DNA of 64,000 bases from an uncultured Gemmatimonadales bacterium (GCA_963779755.1 CAVZZO010000003.1:576001-640000), one strand, 5' to 3'. Counted from the first letter of the stretch, positions 1-9,940 are shown. A program made the numbers and translations. Notes: generated by a model not told the origin, from the sequence alone.

Positions 1-216
1 GGTGGGTCCCAGGCCGCCGGTGACGATCACTATCCCGGTGCGCCGCATTGCGTCCGCCACCGCGTCGCGAATGGATGGGACGTCGTCGCCGACACTGGTG
101 CGCCGCACCACCCGGATCCCCAGGGCGGCGCCTTCACGCCCGATGTGCGCACCGTTGGTATCGACGGTGAAGCCGAGCAGCAGCTCGGTACCGACAGTGA
201 CGAGCTCGAGGTTCAT
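1..216 (-). CDS. cinA: CinA family competence/damage-inducible protein (5' part, runs off window)
   Basis: Manual translation MNLELVTVGTELLLGFTVDTNG...VIVTGGLGPT, the molybdopterin-binding-like CinA N-terminus; follows pgsA as is usual. Confidence 0.9.
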   Translation of the reverse strand, partial: MNLELVTVGTELLLGFTVDTNGAHIGREGAALGIRVVRRTSVGDDVPSIRDAVADAMRRTGIVIVTGGLGPT

Positions 217-219
217 ACG

Positions 220-287
220 ACGGGAAACGGGAAAGGGGAATGGGGAACCGGCGGCCGTTTCCCATTTCCCCGTTCCCCCTTCCCGTT
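220..287. repeat. Palindromic heptamer array (GGGAANN x4 / inverted x4), hairpin
   Basis: acgggaaacgggaaaggggaatggggaa ... ttcccatttccccgttcccccttcccgt. Confidence 0.8.
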
Positions 288-307
288 GTTCATTTCGCAG
301 ATACCGC

Positions 308-961
308 TCACCGCTTACTGCTCGCCATAAAGAGATTGCGATAGCGATAAATGTAGATCACGAACGAATACACCGTCAGCACCGCGGCGATGGCGAGCGT
401 CAGGGCGACGAAGCCGCCGTGGAAGGTATTCCAGAAGCGTGCGAGGCGGCTGTCTTCCCAGCCCAGCGGCTTGCGGGCATCGCGAAAGGCGAACCAGATC
501 ATGGTCGCCCCGATGAAGACGTTCTGGATGACCGTCTTGAGCTTGCCGGGGCCGGCGGCGGGAATCACCACGCCCTGGCGGGCGGCCCACCAGCGGAAGG
601 CCGTCATGGCCAGCTCGCGCCCGATAAGCAGCAGGCAGACCCAGAGCGGAATGCTGCCCCAGACGGGGATATTGTAGAGATCGTGCCGCTGGCGGGAAAT
701 CCAGTAGATGGGAATGAGGGTGGCAAAGAGCAGCAGCTTGTCGGCGATCGGGTCCAGCACCTTGCCGAGATCGGTCACCTGGCCCCGGCTGCGCGCCAGG
801 TAGCCGTCCCAGACGTCGCTGATGGCGGCGCCGAGGAAAATGAAAAAGGTGATGAGCTTGGGCCAGTAGCCTTCGATAAACGGCAGGAGGGCGATGACCG
901 GAGTGAGGCAGATCCGGACGATCGTGATGGTGTTGGGCAGGGTCCAGACCGACTGTTTCAC
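308..961 (-). CDS. pgsA: CDP-diacylglycerol--glycerol-3-phosphate 3-phosphatidyltransferase
   Basis: LPNTITIVR and [30 protein letters not shown]-alcohol phosphotransferase motif; GTG start overlaps mglA stop. Confidence 0.9.
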   Translation of the reverse strand: MKQSVWTLPNTITIVRICLTPVIALLPFIEGYWPKLITFFIFLGAAISDVWDGYLARSRGQVTDLGKVLDPIADKLLLFATLIPIYWISRQRHDLYNIPVWGSIPLWVCLLLIGRELAMTAFRWWAARQGVVIPAAGPGKLKTVIQNVFIGATMIWFAFRDARKPLGWEDSRLARFWNTFHGGFVALTLAIAAVLTVYSFVIYIYRYRNLFMASSKR

Positions 962-1632
962 CCCAGGCTCTTCAGCACCAGCTTGCTGACCGACTTCAGG
1001 GTATCGAACACGCCTTCGCCGGTGATGGCGACGGCCTCGAAATAGGGCGCCTTCTCGATCCACTCACCTTCCATTTCGGCCACCAGCATGTCGCCCGGGT
1101 GATCAGGATCGGGCAGGGGCCGCTGGCGCATGGGCTCGGCCACGGGCCAGCCGGGATTGAGCGAGGCCTGCAGCTCGGCGACGGGCGCCGCGTTGGGCAG
1201 GTCGCGCTTGTTGTACTGAATGACGAACGGCATGCGGGTAAGGTCGTACCCGTGCTCCGCCATGTTGTCGTAGAGATTCTGCATGGATTCGATATTCGCC
1301 TCCATGCGCTCGATCTGGCTGTCGGCCACGAAGACCACGCCGTCCACCCCCTTGAGGATGAGCTTGCGCGAGGCGTTGTAGTATACCTGCCCCGGCACGG
1401 TGTAGAGGTGAAAGCGGGTCTTGAAGCCCCGGATGGTGCCCAGGTCTACCGGCAGGAAGTCGAAGAAGAGCGTCCGCTCCGTCTCGGTGGCGAGCGAGAT
1501 CATCTTGCCCCGCGCACCGGGCGCGACCTTGCCGTAGACGTGTTCCAGGTTGGTGGTTTTTCCGCCCAGCCCCGGCCCATAGTAGACCAGCTTGCAGTTG
1601 ATCTCGCGGGCGGCGTGGTTGATCATCGACAT
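958..1632 (-). CDS. mglA: MglA small Ras-like GTPase
   Basis: [40 protein letters not shown] motifs. Confidence 0.95.
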   Translation of the reverse strand: MSMINHAAREINCKLVYYGPGLGGKTTNLEHVYGKVAPGARGKMISLATETERTLFFDFLPVDLGTIRGFKTRFHLYTVPGQVYYNASRKLILKGVDGVVFVADSQIERMEANIESMQNLYDNMAEHGYDLTRMPFVIQYNKRDLPNAAPVAELQASLNPGWPVAEPMRQRPLPDPDHPGDMLVAEMEGEWIEKAPYFEAVAITGEGVFDTLKSVSKLVLKSLG

Positions 1633-1648
1633 GCGGTGCCCGTCTCCC

Positions 1649-2134
1649 TCAGCCGAAAAGCCGGTCGATTTCGTCTTCGGCTTCGCCCACGAAGCCGCTC
1701 TCCATCTGCGGGCCTCCGCCTTCCTCCCCGAACATCCGCTCGAAGATGGCCGAGAGCTCCAGCACGGCCGCCTTCACCCGGAGCTTCACCAGCCCCAGCG
1801 TGGTGCGCCCGTCGAACAGCACCACCAGAATGACCCGGCGGGCAATGTCGGCCAGGTACATGGACTCCCGCTCGCCCTGGTGGAAGAGGGCGCCGAACTC
1901 CGGCTCGCCGATCATCCGGGCCAACTGGTCGTTGGCGCTGAAGTCGGCCGCGGTGAGCGAGGCGAACGCGGTCGGATCGAAGGTGGGGGCTTCCCCTGCC
2001 GTGGTGATCATCTGACCCGTCCGGTCCACGATCAGCGCCGTACGGGCGGAAGATTCCCGCAGGAACTCCACCAGCACCCCCTGGATGTGGCGGGCGTCTT
2101 CCTCGCGAAACGACCAGCTGCTTGCGCCTGGCAT
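1649..2134 (-). CDS. mglB: MglB roadblock/LC7 domain protein (GAP for MglA)
   Basis: [38 protein letters not shown], acidic tail EIDRLFG; directly upstream of mglA. Confidence 0.92.
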   Translation of the reverse strand: MPGASSWSFREEDARHIQGVLVEFLRESSARTALIVDRTGQMITTAGEAPTFDPTAFASLTAADFSANDQLARMIGEPEFGALFHQGERESMYLADIARRVILVVLFDGRTTLGLVKLRVKAAVLELSAIFERMFGEEGGGPQMESGFVGEAEDEIDRLFG

Positions 2135-2142
2135 CGCGCTCC

Positions 2143-2412
2143 TTACCCGAGAGTAGCTTCCAATCGCTCCAGGATGGCCTGAGCCCGCCGCCGAAGGACC
2201 GGCTGGGGCTCCCAGACGAGATAGTCCCGCAAGAGGCGGACCGTCTCCACATCGGCCTCCCCGGCCAGGTAGCCCAGGGCCGACAACCGGCGGATCGGAT
2301 GGGGGCTGAAGAGGGCGTCGCTGTGCCGCAGCATCTGCGACTGCCCCAGGGCCCACCCCGCCACGGCGCCTCCAGCCAGTCCGGTCAGAAACAGCGCGGT
2401 ACGCGAGCGCAT
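2143..2412 (-). CDS. Small membrane-anchored hypothetical protein (HEAT-like C-terminal helices)
   Basis: MRSRTALFLTGLAGGAVAGW hydrophobic N-terminus; ATG overlaps recR stop; 89 aa. Confidence 0.7.
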   Translation of the reverse strand: MRSRTALFLTGLAGGAVAGWALGQSQMLRHSDALFSPHPIRRLSALGYLAGEADVETVRLLRDYLVWEPQPVLRRRAQAILERLEATLG

Positions 2413-3002
2413 CAACGCACCTCCTGCCGCGCCACCAGCGCGTGCGCCAGTGTCGCGCCATCCACGTATTCCAGATCGCCTCCCATCGGGAGCCCCCGCG
2501 CCAGCCGGGTAATCCGCACGCCGCAGCCGGCCAGCAGCTGCTGAATGTAGGTGGCCGTGGCCTCCCCCTCCATGGAGGGATTGGTGGCCAGGATGACCTC
2601 CTGGACGCCGTCCTCCTGCACCCGCTGCCGCAGGGTGTCGAGCCGCAGGGCCTCCGGCCCCACACCCTCGAGCGGCGAGAGACGGCCGCCCAGGACGTGG
2701 TAGCGGCCCCGGAACTCGGCTGCCCGCTCGACTACCGCCACCGCCGCCGGCTCCTCCACCACGCAGAGCAGCGTGGCATCGCGGCGGGGATCGGTGCAGA
2801 AACCGCACAACTCGGTCTCGGCCGGATGGCCGCAGCGGGCACAGGGATGGATCCGCTCGACCACCGACTGCAGGGCGGTGGCCAGGCGGCCGGCCTGGTC
2901 GGGTGACTGCTTGAGCAGGTGAAACGTGAGCCGCTGGGCCGTCTTGCGCCCGATCCCCGGCAGTCTGGCAAATTCGGTGATCAGGTCCTCGATCGCGCTC
3001 AC
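2412..3002 (-). CDS. recR: Recombination mediator RecR
   Basis: LPGIGRKTAQRL HhH, CARC...CGFC zinc finger, Toprim ILATNPSMEGEAT, GGDLEYVD. Confidence 0.97.
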   Translation of the reverse strand: MSAIEDLITEFARLPGIGRKTAQRLTFHLLKQSPDQAGRLATALQSVVERIHPCARCGHPAETELCGFCTDPRRDATLLCVVEEPAAVAVVERAAEFRGRYHVLGGRLSPLEGVGPEALRLDTLRQRVQEDGVQEVILATNPSMEGEATATYIQQLLAGCGVRITRLARGLPMGGDLEYVDGATLAHALVARQEVR

Positions 3003-3004
3003 CG

Positions 3005-3313
3005 TCAAGGCGAGAGGTTGAACGGGAACGGCTGGACTTTCCGCATTTCGGCCTGGAGCATCTCCGCCGCTCGGCGTTGCGCCTCCGTCACCGCGGCCTG
3101 GACCAGATCGGCCAGGAACTCGGCATCGTGCTCGGCGAAGACGGCAGGGTCGATCCAGAGGGAGCGGAGGGTTCCGCTGCCGTCGGTCGTCACGCGCACC
3201 ATCCCCCCGCCCGAGGTGGTTTCGATGGTCTGGCGGGCAAGATCGGTCTGGAGCTGCTGCAGACGCCCCTGCATCTGCTGCCCCAGCTGAAAGAGCTGCT
3301 GAATATCGGCCAT
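3005..3313 (-). CDS. ybaB: YbaB/EbfC nucleoid-associated protein
   Basis: QQMQ...TSGGGMVRV...DAEFLADLVQAAV; lies between dnaX and recR. Confidence 0.92.
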   Translation of the reverse strand: MADIQQLFQLGQQMQGRLQQLQTDLARQTIETTSGGGMVRVTTDGSGTLRSLWIDPAVFAEHDAEFLADLVQAAVTEAQRRAAEMLQAEMRKVQPFPFNLSP

Positions 3314-3390
3314 GAACGTCTAAGTTCCAGTGCGGCTTGAAAATAGACCGCCCACCATCGGGGGACAACCGTCCCGCTCCGGCGCCGGTC

Positions 3391-5079
3391 TCAGTCCACG
3401 ATCTCCAAATCTAACTCGTCGGCGACCGCATCGAGGGCGGGATCGCGGGACCGGAGAGCCCGCAGCCGCTCGGCCCGGGAATCGGCATCGGACATCCGGC
3501 GGTTACGGGGACGGGATCCGGCCTCGGGAGCGGCGCCGCCGGACCCGGTCCGGACCTCCAGGCGGACCTGACCGCGTACCCGGGCCCCCACCAGATCCTC
3601 GACCACCTTGCGCTGCTTGTTCAGATGGTCCGCAACGACCGGATTATCGCCGGGGATCGCGACCGTGAGCACCGGGGGGGCGACCTCGACCGGCTGCGCC
3701 GCCGCCACCGCCTCGCCCAGGAACCCGCTCTCGGCACGGGCGGCGGCGGCAATGTCTGCCCAGATGGCCTGCAGCGCCGACAGCTCAAAGGCAACGGGCG
3801 GCCCGTCTTCAGGAGGACGGGTAGAGGGCCTGGACTCCGGCTCGCCGGAGGGCTCGGCCGGAGGCGCCGCCCTGCGGCCGGCCGCCGGGGCACGCTCCCG
3901 GCGGGCGGGCGGAGGCGCGGGTGCCTGGCTCGGCGCTGCCGGCACGCCGCTCAGCACCTGGCTCAGATCCACCAGCCGGTCCATCATGGCCCAGCGGAGC
4001 AGCAGCGTCTCCACCTGGAGCCGCGGACTGGCACTGCGGCGGATGCCCGCCTCGCTGTCCGCCAGGAGCCGCAGCATGCGGAGGATGTCGCCCGCTTCCA
4101 GCCGGTCTTTCACCTGATCCAGGCGCTGGCGCATCCCCTCAGTCATTTCCTCGGGCTCGGCGCCCAACTGGAGCATGAGCAGGGCGCGCAGCGCATCGCC
4201 CGCTCCGCTCATGAACTCGGCCAGGTCGCCGCCCTGGTCGAGCAGCCTGTCCACCAGGGGGAATACATCCGCCGGCCGGCGGTCGGCCACCAGATCCAGC
4301 AGCTCGCCGTAGATCTCATCGTCCACCAGGCCCAGGAGCGAGCGGACGCCGGCCGCGGTGAGCTTCTCGTCCCCGAAACTCAGGCACTGATCCAGCAGGC
4401 TCAGGGCATCGCGCATACCGCCGTCGGCCCGGCGGGCCAGGAGGGTGAGCGCGTCCTCCTCGGCGGGGATGCCCTCGGCTTTCAGGACTTCACGAATGCG
4501 GTCCTTGATGGCGGCGGGCCCGATGCGGTGAAAATCGAACCGCTGCAGCCGGGACATGACCGGGGCCGCGGTCTGGGCAATCTTCTGCGGCTCGGTGGTG
4601 GCGAAGACGAACACCACGCCCGGCGGCGGCTCTTCCAGGATCTTGAGCAGCGCGTTCCACGCCTCCCGGGTGAGCATGTGGGCTTCGTCAACGATGTACA
4701 CCTTGTGGTGCCCCTCCTGGGAGGCGGCGTACATCGCCCGCTCGCGCAGATCGCGCGCGTCGTCCACGCCGCGGTTGCTGGCGGCGTCGATTTCCACCAC
4801 ATCCAGGTTGGCCGAGCCGGCCCAGATCCGCTCGCAGCTGGGGCACTCGCCGCAGGGCTCCCCCGGCGGGTCGGCCTGCTCGCGGCGCTCGCAGTTCAAG
4901 GCCATGGCGAGAATTCGGGCGGCGGTGGTCTTCCCGACCCCGCGCGGACCGGTCAGAAGATAGCCGTGCCCCACGCGGCCATGAGCGACGGCGCCCCGGA
5001 GCACCGCGGCGACGTGGTCCTGCACCAGGAGCTCGGAGAATTTTTTCGGGCGGTAGCGGCGGGCGAGTGCGATGGCCAT
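3391..5079 (-). CDS. dnaX: DNA polymerase III subunit gamma/tau
   Basis: LARRYRP, GPRGVGKTT, EIDAASNRGVDD, DEAHML, LLKILEEPP. Confidence 0.97.
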   Translation of the reverse strand: MAIALARRYRPKKFSELLVQDHVAAVLRGAVAHGRVGHGYLLTGPRGVGKTTAARILAMALNCERREQADPPGEPCGECPSCERIWAGSANLDVVEIDAASNRGVDDARDLRERAMYAASQEGHHKVYIVDEAHMLTREAWNALLKILEEPPPGVVFVFATTEPQKIAQTAAPVMSRLQRFDFHRIGPAAIKDRIREVLKAEGIPAEEDALTLLARRADGGMRDALSLLDQCLSFGDEKLTAAGVRSLLGLVDDEIYGELLDLVADRRPADVFPLVDRLLDQGGDLAEFMSGAGDALRALLMLQLGAEPEEMTEGMRQRLDQVKDRLEAGDILRMLRLLADSEAGIRRSASPRLQVETLLLRWAMMDRLVDLSQVLSGVPAAPSQAPAPPPARRERAPAAGRRAAPPAEPSGEPESRPSTRPPEDGPPVAFELSALQAIWADIAAAARAESGFLGEAVAAAQPVEVAPPVLTVAIPGDNPVVADHLNKQRKVVEDLVGARVRGQVRLEVRTGSGGAAPEAGSRPRNRRMSDADSRAERLRALRSRDPALDAVADELDLEIVD

Positions 5080-5091
5080 GGGGGAATATAA

Positions 5092-5121
5092 GACGGCAGG
5101 ACGGCAGGGCGGCAGGACGGC
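5092..5121. repeat. GACGGCAG octamer tandem repeat (about 4 units)
   Basis: gacggcag gacggcag ggcggcag gacggc; reverse complement of the 9941 array unit. Confidence 0.8.
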
Positions 5122-5178
5122 CCTGAAGGACTTCCTCGCGGCCTCTTCCTTGGATGGCCGCTCGGTCGCAGGACGGCA

Positions 5179-5431
5179 CGTGCTGTCACCCTGAGCGATA
5201 GCGAAGGGGGCGAAGCCGATCGAATGGTTCCGGCGCGACCTAACCCCCTGTCCCCCTTCCCTGGTGGGAAGGGGGGAACGGGGGACATGGAGCTCGCGTG
5301 CTGTCACCCTGAGCGATAGCGAAGGGGGCGAAGCCGATCGAATGGTTCCGGCCGCTTCGCTGCGCTCAGCGTGACGCCGTTCCTCGCCAGGTGCCGGTGA
5401 CGAGCCCGCGCCAGCGGGCGCGGCAATCTCC
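5179..5431. repeat. Mosaic of REP-like palindromic elements with a 56-bp direct repeat
   Basis: Identical copies at 5179-5234 and 5297-5352; second copy closes a hairpin with cttcgctgcgctcagcgtgac (to 5375); hairpin ccccttccc-tggt-gggaagggg near 5252-5275; 5401-5431 is the reverse complement of the 12011-12041 element (1 mismatch). Confidence 0.8.
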
Positions 5432-5447
5432 CTGGGTGCGCCCCCTG

Positions 5448-7532
5448 CTACTTCACGACATTCAGGGGCGTGGTGCGCTCGAGTATAGTTCCGTCCGGCG
5501 CCTCGAGGGTAACGTTGAGGGTGTATTTCCCGGGACGGAGATCCTTGAGCAACAGGGCACGAACGAACGCCTGGCGGGTACCGGTGACCGTCTCGGTGAA
5601 GCTGAGCGTGATGCCCTGCCCTTTCCCTTTCGCCGGGGTGATGGCGACCCGCTGGCGGTACGCTGCCCCGGGGGTGAGGCCCGCCGCCTCGTAGTAGAGG
5701 ATGGCCCGGGAGCCGGTGGGAAACGCGGCGAGGGGGTTGAGCGGCAATGGCCCGGCGGGCGATGCCCAGACCAGGCCCGAGCCGCTGCGGCCCAGGATGG
5801 GTTCGCCCAGCGAGAGGCGCCCGGTCGCCGGAATGACGATGCTATCCCGACCCACAATCACCCCCCGGCCGCCGGTCACCTCGGGCCGGGCATCCGCCGG
5901 CCGGACGCCGCTGGTGTCCGGCTCCTCGATCGTCACCCGGACGTTGACCAGGCCGGGCGGCACCGGCAGCTCCAGCAGGCCCGTCAGGTGGTCCTTCCCT
6001 TCCAGCGGCCGGGGAGTCATAAACGTCCGCAGCGTATCCAGGTCTACCCGGCGTCCCCCGTCGGGAGTAGCCGCCACGAGGTGGAAGCGGATGGGATAGC
6101 TGAATCCTGCGATGGAATCTCCCGCTGTGCTCGTCAGGCCATCCGGAGGGATGGCGAAGACGAGCAGCAGGCGACCGCCAACCGTATCCGGTCTGGCGTG
6201 CAATGCGTAGAGCTCCACCGTCGGTTTCAGGTCCCGCCGATAGAACGGCGCATAGTAATCTGTCGTGAGCGCTTCCTCTTTCATGCGCTTCAGCTCGGCA
6301 CCTTGCAGCTGGACCAGCCGCGGGGTCGGCGGGAAGCAGTACCACGGGTCGTAGTCGCAGAGAGTTCCGGGAAGCGCTGCCACGGCGGGGACGACCCTGA
6401 GGTACAGGTTGCCCCTGCTGCGGCGGTAGACCCACCAAGTGCCGACGCGATAGTCGGGCGGGCCATGACGGATGTAAACCGGCCCCCTCGCATCGAACTG
6501 GTCCGTCCCCGGGAGACGATGCTGCGTGAGGAGCGAGCTCCCCCCGCCGAATCGCCGAACATCCAACCCAGCGCCATCGCCTCATCAATGGAATCGGGTG
6601 CGCCCGTCGGTACGTCGGCCGTCAGGGTCTCAATACTCGGCGTGCCGGGAGGCCGCCGGACGACGGCCCTGAAATTCTGGAACGCATATTCGTAGCGCCG
6701 GAAATGTTCCATCAGCCGCGCGCCGGCCGGCCGGCCCACGCCGGCGTCCCGCTTCGACCAGAAGCCCTCGATCCAGCCGCCCAGGGAATCGGGCGGCAGG
6801 CTATCGAACCGTGCCAGCTCTGCTGGCGTAGCCAGCAGCGCCAGATGTGCGCGGTAGGCGTTGCGTCCCTCGACACTGACACCGGCATGGGTCGCGCCGA
6901 GTGCATAGGCGGCCGCTCCTTCCGCTGTTTCGGCGCGCGCATAATATTCCCGCGCCAGCTCCAGCTCCGCCACGGCGCTATCTCCGCCGGCCGCCAGGTA
7001 GCGCTGCAACAGAACGACCGTGGAGTCGCGCACATCCGTCTCCCGCTCCAGGCGGGCGCGGGACAACAGCACCGGCGGCAAACGATCGACCGGCGTGGCG
7101 GCAGTGCGCCGCAGGGCGTCGCGGGCCTGGGTGTACGGCACCCAGGCGGGCATCAGGTCCAGCGCGTCGGACAGGTGGAGCGCGGCAGCGGCAGAAGCCG
7201 AATCCAGCTTCAGCAGCCGCATGAAGCTTTCCGCCGCCCCGCGGGCATAACTGGAGCCGATCGGCTGCAGCGGCCCCGGCTTGGCGATGGCCTTGAGGCG
7301 CGCGAGCTCGAGACGCGCGAGCCCGATGCCGAGCCAGGCCTGCACGCTGTCGGAGCGGTCGCTCGACCACGACGCGCGACCAGCAGTCGAGCTCGCGGCG
7401 GAGCGAATCGGCGGCGGAACGGGGCGCACGGCGGCGTGCAGGGGGGATGCAGGAGCCGGGTGACGCCTGGCCGTGGGGGGGAAGAGTCAGAAAGGCCGCG
7501 AGAAGGAGAACTGGGCCGGCGCGCGCAAACAT
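5448..7532 (-). pseudogene. GWxTD-like exported TPR protein, frameshifted (at least 2 shifts)
   Basis: Signal peptide in ORF 6978-7532, TPR and FWSKRD...RLMEHFRR in ORF 6290-7429, FDARGPVYIRHGPP plus C-terminal beta domains in ORF 5448-6566. Confidence 0.75.
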
Positions 7533-7582
7533 GCCTTAGTATGCAGTCCGGTTGAGCGCACCGGAAGGAGGAGAATGCGCCA

Positions 7583-7632
7583 ATTCCCGTTACCCTATTC
7601 CCTTTTCCCTTTTCCCATTTCCCCTTTCCCTC
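7583..7632. repeat. Pyrimidine-strand heptamer array (TTCCCNN)
   Basis: ttcccgt tacccta ttccctt ttccctt ttcccat ttcccct ttccctc. Confidence 0.75.
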
Positions 7633-9786
7633 TCACCGCCCCTTCGTCACCAACAACTCCTGTTCGCGGGCGATGGTCGGCCCCTCCGGCAGCCGGATCT
7701 CCGCTCGCAGGCGGTACAGGCCCGGCCTGGTCCGGTCCAGCTTGATCGACCGGCGCACCACCAGATTCGTCTCGCTGAGCCGTTCGGTGGTGCTCACCTT
7801 GATGGCCTCCCGCGGCTCGGCTTCCGGTATCAGCGAGAGGGTGACATCCACCGCGGCATCCGGAGAGAGGCCGAGGGCCTCGAGATAGATCTCCACCGTT
7901 CCGCCGGCGGGATAGCTGTTGAGCGGGCTCAGCGGGAAGGGGCCAGCGGCGCTGGGCCAGCGCAGTTCGCTGGCCACGGAACCCAGGAGCAGCGCGCTGA
8001 GAGTGGGGCCATCGGTGGAAGGCGGCGGCACGTCCACGCCCGCCTGGAGGGTGAAGGACCCGGCCTGGGGATCCGTGCCCGTCTCCAGCGATCGGACCTC
8101 GTACCGGCCCGCGGAGACGGGCACCTCGACATAGCCCACCAGCCACTGATCCGGCCGCAGCTTGCGGGAGCCATCGTAGAGGAACGTGGTGTCGAGGGTG
8201 GCCGGTGCTCCACGTTCCGGCAAGGCGGCCAGCCGCAGGCGCAGCGGAATCGCATCGCCCGCGCGCGCGTGAATCTGTCCCAGGCCACCGGGGGGAAGGG
8301 CGAAGGCCACCAGCAACCGGCCCGGGTCGGCCAGCCCGTAGGCGCGCGTCACCGCCTGGAGGTCGCGCGCGAAATGATGCGGATCGGCATCGGTCGTCAC
8401 CGCAAGGTGAATGCGGTCCACGTCCTTTTCCCGCACTGATTCCTGCAGCCGTTCCCGGTGAAGCGGGCGCCTCTCCTCGATCCACTTCGCATAGGTGGAA
8501 TCGTATTGGGCCATCTGGACAGCATTGCCGTCAATCCAGATATCACCCGGCACGATCTTGAAATCACTGGAGGTACAAAAGCGATACTTGCTGATCATCA
8601 GCGTAAAGAAAGGACGAAAGTGTACGACGAGACCATGGTCAGGGCCGTCGTCGTACAGCCAGGAATAAATCGGGCAATCCAGCACACGGTCCATGGGACC
8701 CTCTCGTACTTGTCCCGGGACACCACCCGGCAGGGCTCCCCCATCCATCCCGGATAGCAGGATTCGGCTTGGCGCTCCATGCCGGATGTAAATCACCCCG
8801 CGATCGTCCACCTGATCCTGATCGCTGTGGAACGGCATGACCTTGTTGTAGTCCCGCTTCTTTTTGCGCAGGGGAAACTCCGCCAGGGCAAACCGGATCC
8901 GCTCCTCGTGCTCGGCCAGCCGGTCGGGTGGCGTGCGGAAATCGACAGCCGCGCGGCGGCCCCAGAAGGCGGCGCCCCATTGCCGGCGGCTTACCGAGTC
9001 CAGCGCCATCACGGAATCCAGGGCGTCGGCTTCCGGATCGGTGAGGAGCCAGCCAAGGTCGCGCCGGTACCCGGCGAGGGCGGAGTCACTCCGCATGGCA
9101 CCGAAGCCGTCCAGCCAGGCTTGGTAGCCGTCGGCCAGCCGGCCCAGCATGAGCAGGGCACGGCCTCGCGTGAGCAGGGCGAGCGAGGTGTCGCCGCCCA
9201 CGGCGAGCGCGTGGTCCGCCCGGGCGAGCGCGCTGTCCGCGTGGTGCCATTCGAGTTCGCGGCCGGCCCGGAGCAGCAGCAGGGTGGGATCGTCTGTGGC
9301 GGCCGCCGCACGCTCGAGCAGTATGGCGTCGGCCTCGTCGTCCAGCTTTGCGAGGCGGCGTAGCTCGGCGCTGGCGAGGAGCCTGGCGGCGGGAACGTAC
9401 GCCGAATCGCGGCGGAGTGCTTCGCGCAGCGCCGCCACCGCGCCCTGGGCATAGGACATCCCGATCACCAGGCCCGGCCCGGCGCGCGCGATGGCGCCCT
9501 CCTTGGAGAGATCGAACCTGGCCCGGCCGGCCAGGTACCACGCCTCCACCGGCGGGTCGCGCCGGAAGAGCAGCGTGCTCAGCCGGTCCAGGCCGGCGCT
9601 CAGCTGCCCCTTGTCCCCACAGGCCTCGCCGGCCGAGATGAGCGCGCGGGCGGCATCGATGGCCTCGAGCGTATCCGTGGCCCGAACCTCCGGACACACC
9701 GGAGCCGAGGCCGCCGGTCCCTGAGCGTGAAGCGAAGCGGCGAGTATGGTGGCAAGAAGGAACGGGAGAGCGCTGCGACAGCCCAT
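7633..9786 (-). CDS. GWxTD-like domain exported protein with TPR-like helices
   Basis: Signal peptide ending ASLHAQ; FWGRR...RLAEHEERI; VDDRGVIYIRHGAP; C-terminal ...PGLYRLRAEI beta domain; CATATT -10 six nt before ATG. Confidence 0.8.
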   Translation of the reverse strand: MGCRSALPFLLATILAASLHAQGPAASAPVCPEVRATDTLEAIDAARALISAGEACGDKGQLSAGLDRLSTLLFRRDPPVEAWYLAGRARFDLSKEGAIARAGPGLVIGMSYAQGAVAALREALRRDSAYVPAARLLASAELRRLAKLDDEADAILLERAAAATDDPTLLLLRAGRELEWHHADSALARADHALAVGGDTSLALLTRGRALLMLGRLADGYQAWLDGFGAMRSDSALAGYRRDLGWLLTDPEADALDSVMALDSVSRRQWGAAFWGRRAAVDFRTPPDRLAEHEERIRFALAEFPLRKKKRDYNKVMPFHSDQDQVDDRGVIYIRHGAPSRILLSGMDGGALPGGVPGQVREGPMDRVLDCPIYSWLYDDGPDHGLVVHFRPFFTLMISKYRFCTSSDFKIVPGDIWIDGNAVQMAQYDSTYAKWIEERRPLHRERLQESVREKDVDRIHLAVTTDADPHHFARDLQAVTRAYGLADPGRLLVAFALPPGGLGQIHARAGDAIPLRLRLAALPERGAPATLDTTFLYDGSRKLRPDQWLVGYVEVPVSAGRYEVRSLETGTDPQAGSFTLQAGVDVPPPSTDGPTLSALLLGSVASELRWPSAAGPFPLSPLNSYPAGGTVEIYLEALGLSPDAAVDVTLSLIPEAEPREAIKVSTTERLSETNLVVRRSIKLDRTRPGLYRLRAEIRLPEGPTIAREQELLVTKGR

Positions 9787-9845
9787 GCAGCGAATATGGC
9801 AAGGCGGGCCGGAAAGTGGTAAGGCGTGAGGCGGGAAGGCGGGGG

Positions 9846-9935
9846 CACGCCCGCTGGCGGGGGGTCGCAATGGCGGGAGATTCCAAGCGCATTCCGGGGG
9901 GATTGCTTCGGCGGCTGGCGCCGCCTCGCAATGAC
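9846..9935. repeat. REP-like elements (GATTGC...CTCGCAATGAC family)
   Basis: cacgcccgctggcggggggtcgcaatggc and gattgcttcggcggctggcgccgcctcgcaatgac; relatives at 12011-12048 and 5401-5431. Confidence 0.7.
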
Positions 9936-9940
9936 AGCAT

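Noticed and set aside
5095..5180. SRP RNA immediately upstream of dnaX
   Set aside because: No CAGG/AGCA domain IV motif here; the real ffs is at 12094-12194
5179..5352. 56-bp direct repeat as a CRISPR array
   Set aside because: Only two copies, too long, the spacer is itself a hairpin repeat, and there are no cas genes
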